Assembly (NCBI GenBank): GCA_950097015.1
Contig: CATNEN010000025.1
Span: forward strand, 7,192,001-7,256,000
Origin: Macrostomum hystrix
Lineage: Eukaryota; Animalia; Platyhelminthes
Length of the DNA stretch: 64,000 nucleotides
Direction of reading: 5' to 3'
The position numbers were made by a program, and so were the translations under genes. The first letter of the stretch is position 1; every line of letters begins with the position of its first letter. The notes under the pieces were generated by a model, which was not told where the DNA came from, searched no databases, and saw nothing but the letters and a program-made list of their open reading frames with translations. This document shows positions 46,901 through 55,900 of the stretch, piece by piece.

Positions 46901-47659
46901 AACGGATTCTAACTGGTTGGTCTGGCGCTTCACGGATTCCGCAAAGGCCGTCCAGTCAGTATTCCGGGCGTTCCTTTTCCACAGAATACCAGGCTTGGAG
47001 TAGGAGCTTAGCAACCGGAAACGAATGAAGCAATGGTCAGACAGAGATTCCTCTTCGTCCCACACCTGCCAGTTCCTAATCAGAGGGATCAGGCCCTGAG
47101 AGGCGAGGGTGGCGTCAAGGACCTCCGTCCATCGCCCATTGTCAAAGGTGGGTGTGCCACCCGAGTTGCAGAACTCAATATTGGTGGTGCAGATGTAGTC
47201 AAGGAGATCTTCGCCTCTGCAGTTTGAGGTAACACTGCCCCAGTGGGTGTGGTGGGCATTTATGTCGCCTGCCACCAGCAGCTCAAAGTCGCGGTCTGAG
47301 CAGTAGTCCACGAGGGAAGTGAGACTGGGCGGAACCGCAGGACCGTCACCAGGAATGTATATAGAGGCGATGATGACGGTGCGGTTCGGGAGAATGTGGT
47401 TGGTTTGGATGACACAGAGGTCTTTGTCAGAGAGGTCTGGTCTATACCAAGCTTTGAGATCGGTAGTCGCGAACACAGCAGCCCTGGGGTTTTGGGGCAT
47501 GAAAAAACAGTCAAAACCAGCAGGAATGTTCGGAATCTTACCTTTCTTCGTCCAGGGCTCTTGGAGGAGGATGATGCCCGGTTTTTCGAAGTCCACCACA
47601 CGCGCCAGGTTGGTCGAGGCCGCGATGCAGTGGTGCAGGTTCAGCTGCAGGAAGCTCAC
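43955..47659 (-). pseudogene. LINE ORF2 (AP endonuclease, reverse transcriptase, RNase H, CCHC) with one in-frame TAA at 45494-45496
   Basis: LQLNL, LLQEPW, GDINAHH, LSDH (APE); PQGGVLSP, YADD (RT); [26 protein letters not shown] (RNase H); [14 protein letters not shown]. The two track ORFs share one frame, with only 15 nt between the stop and the next ATG. Confidence 0.9.
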
Positions 47660-47694
47660 CCCAGGAGGGGCGGTCCGTGCGGCTATCTGCTGGC

Positions 47695-49182
47695 CTACGG
47701 CGAGTTGTTCAGGAGCGATTCCTCGTCCTCGCCGGTGTTTTGCCCGAGCTCCATCGGTTCCTCCTGAATCGGATCCAGAGCTGAGGCCGGGGCTGCCGCA
47801 ACAGCGGCGTCCGTGTCCTCAGCCCGGTTTTCCGCTGGGGGTTCCGATGAAACATTGGGCCGGGTGGTGCTGCGGTGGCGTCCACTGTTGGGGTCCGACA
47901 GCTGTCTGGCGCGCTGAGTCAAGCCAGCTCGGATGGTGTTGCGGGCGGGTTTCCGGCCCTTACCACGTCCGCCTGTCGTTGCGGCTCGCGCGGCTTTGCC
48001 CCTGATAGGGTCCGCATCCTCGGAGTGGTCGTGACGATCAGGAGTCTGTGTTCCAGGGCGCAGGGGCCCGGCAGAGCTCTGGTTCGTCCGTTTCTGCTTT
48101 TCCGGGGGCGGCGGGCGAGTGGCGTCGGACTCGAAGCTGAAAATCTGCATTCGAGTGAGGCCTGCACTGATGTAGGACATGTCTGGGCAGCGGAGCATCC
48201 AGCTGTCCGACAATCCTAGGATGGCCGTGAAACCGTCTCCACCAGGTCTGGTGATGGTTTCATGAACTACGACACCGTTTGCTGGCAGATCCGGGTGGAT
48301 TGCCAACAGCAGGCGGCGCAGTTCTCCGGCGTTGGTGATGGCGCTGCGAGCTGGAATCCAAACACGATGACGCTGTGTCTGGGGGCGCTCGTCCTCCCTG
48401 TAGATAAACAGGTTGCCCATTTCCGTGCCCCAGTCGAAGGATTTCAGCATCTCGAGGAGTTGCTGTCCGGACTGGTTGTCGGCAGGCTGGACAATGAGGG
48501 CTTGGTCCTGGATGTCGGTCTTCAGGACGTGCAGTACAGTGCCGCTCAGTGCCAGTTTGACCAGATGGGAGTCCAATCTGCGCCAGATCTGGTCGAGTTG
48601 CGCTGTTGTGAGGGGCGTCTCCTGGCCTCGGATAACCAAGGCCGGCTGCCTCTTTGCCATAGCAGCGTAAGTGCGTTTTGGCCTTGTGGTTTGGCCGGCG
48701 CCTCCCGCAACGGGCCCCCCAGCAGTCGTCGGAGTTTCCGTATGACTGTGAGAGGTTCCGCCGCGAGAGGAACCGGATGCCCCAGAGGCCTGGGCGGCAC
48801 TTTTCCGCGCTTCCGGGTTTCCCGGATGACGCGAGGAGTCCGCCTCCTTGTTGGGTGCCGGTTCCTCCGCGATGTTCGCAGAGTTGCCGGCCCCCTCCTC
48901 GGAGGCGGTGGTTGGCGCGGACTTCGCAGCCAACCGTCCTTCCTGTTTGCGCCGCCGGAATTCCTGGAAGCGGGCGAAGCTGCGGGCCTGCGTGGCAGGG
49001 GAGCGTTTGCTCTTTGATCCAGCCGCTCTGGTGTTTTCCTGAGTGGCGGAGGAGCAGGATGGGTTTTGGGCGCCGGTGGAACCGGTGTCGCCCTGGCGCT
49101 GGTCCTGAGGATCTGCGTCGCCGGCCGGGGTCGGCGTTTCAGCAGGGTCCTGGGACGTGCTGGAGCTGTAGTGGGACTCCAT
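47695..49182 (-). CDS. LINE ORF1, 495 aa (DUF4780-like central domain)
   Basis: Directly upstream of ORF2. RHRVWIP...LLLAIHPDLP...GFTAILGL resembles LOA/R1 ORF1 DUF4780 from memory; no CCHC knuckles. Confidence 0.75.
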   Translation of the reverse strand: MESHYSSSTSQDPAETPTPAGDADPQDQRQGDTGSTGAQNPSCSSATQENTRAAGSKSKRSPATQARSFARFQEFRRRKQEGRLAAKSAPTTASEEGAGNSANIAEEPAPNKEADSSRHPGNPEARKSAAQASGASGSSRGGTSHSHTETPTTAGGPVAGGAGQTTRPKRTYAAMAKRQPALVIRGQETPLTTAQLDQIWRRLDSHLVKLALSGTVLHVLKTDIQDQALIVQPADNQSGQQLLEMLKSFDWGTEMGNLFIYREDERPQTQRHRVWIPARSAITNAGELRRLLLAIHPDLPANGVVVHETITRPGGDGFTAILGLSDSWMLRCPDMSYISAGLTRMQIFSFESDATRPPPPEKQKRTNQSSAGPLRPGTQTPDRHDHSEDADPIRGKAARAATTGGRGKGRKPARNTIRAGLTQRARQLSDPNSGRHRSTTRPNVSSEPPAENRAEDTDAAVAAAPASALDPIQEEPMELGQNTGEDEESLLNNSP

Positions 49183-49315
49183 AGGTCGCTGGAAAAAGAG
49201 AAAGAAGAGAATAAAAATAAAAACCGCTAATGGCCGGATAGACTCCCCGGACCTTTCAGCCCCTCAGCGCGGTGAGACCTTAGGCATAAGAGGACACCTA
49301 AAGCAGTGCCAGGCC

Positions 49316-49775
49316 CGCAGACTGGCTGCGTACCCTGTTGAGGTCGAAGGGTGACACCTGTCCCTCAGAGCCGTAGCCAGAGGTACCTGATCACGCACAG
49401 GTGAACGAGCGCTGCGGACTGGCCGCATACCCTGTTAAGGTCAAAGGGTGACACCTTTCCCTCAGAGCCGTAGCCAGAGGTACCTGATCACGCACAGGTG
49501 CACGAAAACTGCGGACTGGCCGCATACCCTGTTAAGGTCAAAGGGTGACACCTTTCCCTCAGAGCCGTAGCCAGAGGTACCTGATCACGCACAGGTGCAC
49601 GAGACGCTGCGGACTGGCCGCATACCCTGTTAAGGTCAAAGGGTGACACCTGTCCCTCAGAGCCGTAGCCAGAGGTACCTGATCACGCACAGGTGCACGA
49701 AAGCTGCGGACTCGCCGCATACCCTGTTAAGGTCAAAGGGTGACACCTTTCCCTCCAGCCAGGGCTAGAGGTACC
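49316..49775. repeat. About 97-bp tandem monomers, about 4.7 copies, in the LINE 5' UTR
   Basis: AGGTACC recurs at 49381, 49478, 49575, 49673 and 49769; the array lies inside the TSD-bounded element. Confidence 0.9.
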
Positions 49776-50529
49776 CAGTTTGGCCGGAGGCCCTGGATGG
49801 GTCATCCAGCGCTGTTGCCCATTCTGTCCGGCTGCCCTAGGGTCAGCCTTGAACACTCGCGGGACGTGCACCCATGGGTCAGCTGACGGGACAGCGTGGA
49901 GGGATCCCTGCACCCGGAGGTACAGGGCTCCTTCCTGCCAGGCCTGCTCAAAAAACGACTGCAGGTGTGAGGCATCGCAGACCTTAGCCCGTAGGCCTGG
50001 TCTGACTCATACCTCACAGGCATTGTGTCCCGCCGGTGCGAGCGTCCTGTGGGGACAGAAAGCCTGGGGCGATAACGACAACGGCTCTAGCCAATCAGGG
50101 GTGGTAGGGCAAGCTCAGGGTTAGGCATTGGCGGAAAGAAAGTTCATGTGATAGCCAATCTAGCCAATGAGCGCCAGGGTACGAGAGGTGGTTATGCATT
50201 GTAAGGTACCATGAGAACTCAGACGAGAGGAACATACCAGCCAATCAGAGACCTCCAAGGCTTAGCAGAAAGTCAGACGGGCAGTACAAAGTCGTTGCGA
50301 ATCAGGCAAGAGCTTCTTGAAAATTGAAAAATGCTTAACGTTTTAACATAAAATTCCTGCTAACTACTTGCCCGTCTTTTATCAGTAGTATTCGCGTGCT
50401 CATACCAACCTACGGTGAATATTCGTACGTACGAGTATATTAAAGAGAAAATTTACTTAATGCAGTTGCACGCATTACTTCTAAAAAGAAATCCCCTCTT
50501 TTTGTCTCCCACCCTAGGGATTTCGCTAA

Positions 50530-51870
50530 TTAGAAATCTGTCCCAGGTACAAAGCTCTGTTGTAACTCTTCGTTTCTAGGTAGGACAGGAGCTTTTGCGC
50601 CGAAAAAGAAGCTCATGCGAGAGAGAATCGGCGGGGGGCTGTGTGGAGCGGCAACGAGTTGACGGGCTAGGCCGGTGAGGTGAGGTGAGGTAGCTCCCAT
50701 GGGGATTTCGTCAGAGTGAGTCAGGCGCGGGTCGATTCTCACCTGTCTGGCTGGGTTCATCTCATTTCGAGTTTTTTTCTTCCTTCTCTCTGTCGAACAG
50801 TCCCGGTTGGATGGGGCCATGCGAAGCAATCTGTGAAGCTCACACTCTGCTTGGATTTTCTCTTCCCCGTCTTTAATGCAATCTCTAAAGTAGCTCGTAG
50901 ATCTGTCTCTCGTCATTTTATAAGCTTGAGCTGCTTGTTCTTGTTCGAACCGGAGCGGGACGGATAAAAGTTGCGAGCTACCGCCCATAGTTACTAAGGG
51001 ATTTAATCGCAAGGAAGCTTTCAATTACGATGGAAGGTGAGTTGACGACAGATATCATATTCTGGCAAATCTTCCGAGAAATTTTTTTTTACGATCTGCA
51101 GGCTCAATTCCTGAACAATCCATTCTGTGCACACCATTCTGAGCACTCCATCCTGAGCATTCCATTCTGAGCATTCCATCCTGAAAATTCGATCCTGAGC
51201 ACTCAGGTACAATTATCTCAACTATTGCACTAATCCGCAGAGTTCATGATCGCGGCAGATGTTACACTGTACTCAAATCCGCTCGATCTGGCGTTAAGTA
51301 CCGCCTCCGAGGATCCGACGGCGTCGGCGACTGCGAAGGCTACCACGGCTACGTCTTCGTCGGAGAAGATTAAAGAGAAGCCGACTTTGACCGAGACGGA
51401 AGGCAGCGGCAGCAACAATGCGGATGAGATTCACGTTGCAGCCGACCTGACTGAGTACGTGAGTCCCATGATCAAGATTGACCGGGGCCAACACCTGGCC
51501 GATTCAAGGACCCGCGGCACCGCTGCTGCGGACAAACCAACAGCCAACTCCAACTGATTCTAAGGCGTCATTACCTGTTAGACATCGCTCAACTGTTAGA
51601 CAGATTAGTTAGACTCAATAAGCTACAACTGAATGCATACGCTAAAAGTTTATTTTTAAACAGTACGTCCATTACTAGTAATTATTTCCATTTCGATCCA
51701 AGGCTTACTACATGCATAATTGCATGGTTCACAGTCTAATAGTCCTTAATAGTCTGGCTTTGTCCCCTAGGCGTAGATGACTATAATTGAGCGGGTGAAA
51801 TCAACCTAGTGAATACTTGTAACGTTCGTCAATTCTCCCTGTCCTGGATACATGTTTCAGTCTCTCGCGT
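50530..51870 (-). other. Possible exons of an unidentified gene
   Basis: A splice-site-bounded segment near 51097-51033 (IVKKNFSEDLPEYDICRQLTFH) joins in phase to about 50945-50530 (QAAQAYKMTRDRST...); no recognised homology. Confidence 0.25.
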
Positions 51871-51914
51871 TCAGAAGGTAAGAGGTGGGTAGCTGTCTGG
51901 AGAGGCAAGAAACG

Positions 51915-52115
51915 GGAGGCGGAGAGTGGGGTGGCTATCATGAGGGGCAGGAAACTGCTGGAGGCGGAGAGTGGGGTGGCTATCATGAGGGGCAGGAAAC
52001 TGCTGGAGGCGGAGAGTGGGTGGCTATCATGAGGGGCAGGAAACTGCTGGAGGCGGAGAGTGGGGTGGCTATCATGAGGGGCAGGAAACTGCTGGAGGCG
52101 GAGAGTGGGGTGGCC
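51915..52115. repeat. 45-bp tandem repeat, about 4.5 copies
   Basis: Unit GGCGGAGAGTGGGGTGGCTATCATGAGGGGCAGGAAACTGCTGGA. Confidence 0.9.
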
Positions 52116-52956
52116 GTCAGTGTGAAGGAGGTTCATTTTATTTTTCAAGAGTTTAATAAATAAGCGACAAGTTTTTTTCGCCACCATTTTAGAAGGTATA
52201 ATATGCAGAATATGTTTTATTCTTGTTTTAAAAGGCGATTTATAATAATTAACTTTCTTTCAATAAATTGTTATTCATGGATGTTTGAAGAACAAAAAAT
52301 ATAGTTTTGGTGATCACATCTTTCATTATGTTTTTAAAGTTAATGGTTTACCTGCATATCATTAACAATCAAGTAGTGGTTATGTTTTGGATACTGTGAA
52401 ATATTTTTGAATCCTTCAATATCCTTAGATTTTATGCTAATTAAGTTTTTCAAAGTTTCAAGGCTTTATTACAAAATTAAAGAAAATATTACATCCATAG
52501 GCTACAGTTATTTATTTTCATTATTCTACTATGCTCTGAAGGATCCAATTTATCACATAGCCTACTTAAAGTAGCTTAAATAAAAATATCACCCAAACAC
52601 CGGATGCAATAAAAAGATAAATTTTCTTGTCTTTCTTATTACGATAAAATGACGCAAAAATAGTGGGAAAATTCGCTAACTTTCGGCGGAATGTTAGTTA
52701 GCACAAATGCCTGTATTACCTATAGTATTACAAGCTAATTCAATCATCTGAAAGTGAGCCATGTTTCTCAAAGGAATCTAGCAAATAGTTGTTATGAAAC
52801 CGGCTAGCTAAAAACCTGAGCCAATATCTAAAAAAGTCAGCCATTTCTTAGAAAGTTCAGTTAATTGAAGTCCATCTACAAAACACTTCCGCCAATAATA
52901 CGAGCGTAAATAACAGCTTTCAACCAAAATAATATAATCCAATTAATGAGTCCAAG

Positions 52957-55900
52957 GTGTCAGGTAGCCGGGCACGGAACCTGCTGGCAGCGGCAGGAGC
53001 CAATGACGGGCATGCGGAGCAGGCGGGTCTCGCCAGACTGGCACTTCACCGGCGTCGGTATCGGCGAGTAGGTGACGCGGTCCGGCTGGCAGCCGGTACA
53101 CCTGGCTCCTGGAAGTTCCAGCAGGTAGACCTGGCTGGCGGCGTTGTCGTCGACTCGCCTCGGCGCAATCAACGGAGAGGCCTGCGGGCAGTGGCCTCGG
53201 CAGTGGGGCACGCGGATTGGCTTGACCAGCTGACAGGCGGAGTCCAATCGGCTGATGGTGACCTCCTCGCGACTGCAGGCTGTAGGAGCGGCTCGGTAGC
53301 AGCAGCGCTTCGAGTCCTTGGCCTTCTGCTCGATGGGGAGTTACGAAAGAGAAGGTAGAAATGCCAGGTTTTTGTTTTAATTGTTTTATTGCAGCAGAAA
53401 TTATAGTGTCGTGCCGGAGTTCTCACCGGAGCAGTCTGGGCCATCCGTTCGTCATTCAGGCTGCAGGCAGGCATCTGGTCGACGCTGAGCGGAATTGTGC
53501 TAGTGCGGCCCTTGTCACAGGTCACCACCTGGCAGGCCGCCAAATCGACGGCGTAGCCGCCGTGCTGCAAGTGGCAGAGAAAAAAGTTGAAGTCTGTTTC
53601 ATTGACTAAATAAGTGCCGGAATGTTTCGACCTGGGAGTTCCTAATTCTTAATTACTCAACAGATTTTCGACAAACATCTGTCAGCATCATTTCAAAATT
53701 TTGTGTCTACTGGCCTTCAACTAGGCGACGCATCTGGATCTTCTAAAACGCTTCTGGAAACCTAAGAATAGCAACTCGAGGACACCAACTGTCTCACTGG
53801 ACTGAGATTCGAACTCCGGATCTCTCGTTAAGGAGTCCAAGGCTCTACGCCCTAGGCAACAGCCTCCACCATATGTACTACAGTACTACTAACACTCACA
53901 TTGAGAGTAGTATTGCCGCTGACGCATCTGTAGCACTCGGCCAGTGGCACGCAGGCGTCGCCTCGCTTCACCAGGCCGCGGGCGCAGACGCAGGCCTGCT
54001 CCGGACAGCGCTGCCGAGGCTGACCGAGGCCACCAGCAGAATAGCACTGCTCGTCGCATTCGCCGAATTCGTTGTAGCGCTGGCCGCTGGGACACAGAGA
54101 GTCTGTTTCGGGTGGGACAATTTAAGGAAACAAGTTGTTGAGCTTCGATCGACAGAAAAAATGTGGCATTCGAAATACCCCCGTGGTTTTTCTACTGTTA
54201 AGCAAGCTGTCAATCTGCTTCAAGAGTTGAATTAATTTACCGCAGCTCAGCGTCGAGTTGCACAGCTCGTACTTCACAGACGGTCCCTGGCAGGCCTTGG
54301 ACTCCAGGTAGTCGGAGTTGCGAGGCGAGCGCACAAACTTCTGCAGGCCCGGCTTGAGACGGCAGCCGGCGGTGCACTGACCCTCGGGTCGCCAGTTGGA
54401 CCAGTGGCACTCGTCTGAGCAGCTGGACAGCCGGCTGCATTTGAACACTCCATCCTGGCAGGTACTGATTTAATTGGTTATTAGAGATAGCGCGGATTTT
54501 AGTTTTTTTAGGTCGACTTTGTTTGATCAGATTAGTTTGAATAGCGAATTACGTGTTCAAGTTCTCACCAGTTCTTGCATCCCATGATGAGGCGCTCGCC
54601 CGGAGCAAACTCTTCCTTCGTTCCTGGACTTCTCCGGCCCATCAGCTCTTCATTCCAGCGGCAGCGGCAGACCTGCCTGGTCACGCAGCCGCCGTCCTGT
54701 TCATATTGACCGGCGGGGCAGGCGCACACAGTTGCCACGGTGTTGACGGCGGTGGCGGCGGTGACAATAGTGACGTTAGCAGTTGGTGCGGCGACGCACT
54801 TGTCCTCGCTGGCTAGATCAGCGCAGCGAACAACGCACTGACTCTGCCGCAGTGGCCGCTTAGTCATCGGGGCCCGACAGATGCTACTGGTCTGGCAGCC
54901 AGGTGTTAGGCAGGAGCGCAGCTGCCTGGCCTCTTCGCAGGCGCGGCCTCCGTTGGCCGGCTGTGCGATGACGCCACGCGATCGGACCTGTAGGCCGGCA
55001 CAGCCGGCGGCCGAAGATCGGACGCAGGCGCCCCAGGCGGACCAGGCGGCCTGGGAGCAGTCCACCGGGCAGGGCTTCGAGCAGGGCACATCCTCGCGTC
55101 GCAGCTCCGGGCATGGCGTGCCACCGTCCGATGGAAGTTGGAGAATGCGCCGGTAGAGGGTGCGGAAACCACTGGCCTGGGCAAAGCGGACCATGCAGTT
55201 AGCGTAGCAGGTGCCTTCGATCCATTCAGGCGACACAATACAGTCTCTCTTCGTTACTGTGATGCGTTTGTGGGGATGCCGTTTGTTGTTGACATAATAA
55301 TGTAAATACCAATAAAAACCAACTGCTACCACTATTTATCCTCTTGGGTAAAAAACTCACCTGGTGTTCTAGGCAGGCAGTCCTTCCATTCGATCGACTC
55401 CTCTTTGTCGAAAAATTCGCCACATTTTCTTAAATCGTCCGGGCAGACTCGGATGCATCGACGGCGCCGCTCTTGGCGTCGGTTGGCAGAGTCGGCGTTG
55501 ACACAAGCGCTCCAGGTAGACCAGGCTGACCAGACTGGTGCAGGGACCGGCTCGCCAGTCTTGGCCTTACTCACGCACTCAGTGCGGTTGGCATGGCAGA
55601 AGCTGAATAAATGGTCATGGCGGCAGCGGTGTGATTTGAAAGTATAAAACGAATGAATAAACCTTTAAGACTCTAAGGTGATACGATTATAAGACTAGGA
55701 GATCTAGTCTATTGTCTATTGAAAGACAGTAAAAGGAAGCTCTTATTATCAGATGCATTATCAGATTTTTCGCAAGGTCACACTGAAACGGACACAAAAG
55801 CTTACCACAAGGAGCATTGGTCCTGAGCCGGCATTGCCTGGCCTTCTGTGTACAAATCGCCGTTGTGATCCTTGCAGGTGTAGCCACATAGGCGAGCGTT

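Larger units (their letters stand above)
43861..50043 (-). mobile_element. Full-length non-LTR retrotransposon, LOA-like (R1/I group), 6183 bp
   Basis: Exact 13-bp TSD GTCCTGTGGGGAC at 43848-43860 and 50044-50056; ORF1 plus APE-RT-RNase H ORF2; short (C)AAGT-repeat 3' tail. Confidence 0.9.

Noticed and set aside
44229-49184. Plus-strand ORFs antisense to the LINE (e.g. 45467-46015, 48262-49017)
   Set aside because: Shadow ORFs of GC-rich coding sequence with no independent motifs.
49381-49530. Hammerhead ribozyme (CTGATCA...CGAAA) in LINE monomers
   Set aside because: G8 is C, stem II does not close properly, stem III has a 2-nt bulge and there is no UH at the stem I junction.
49960-50043. 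HDV-like ribozyme at the LINE 5' end (P4-like CAGACC/GGTCTG followed by CGAT)
   Set aside because: No consistent P1/P2/P3 nesting found by hand; needs an RNArobo/Infernal scan.
53790-53870. tRNA genes (also about 35650-35720, 30905-30975, 11130-11200)
   Set aside because: A and B boxes are present but no complete cloverleaf; they are SINE heads or decayed copies.
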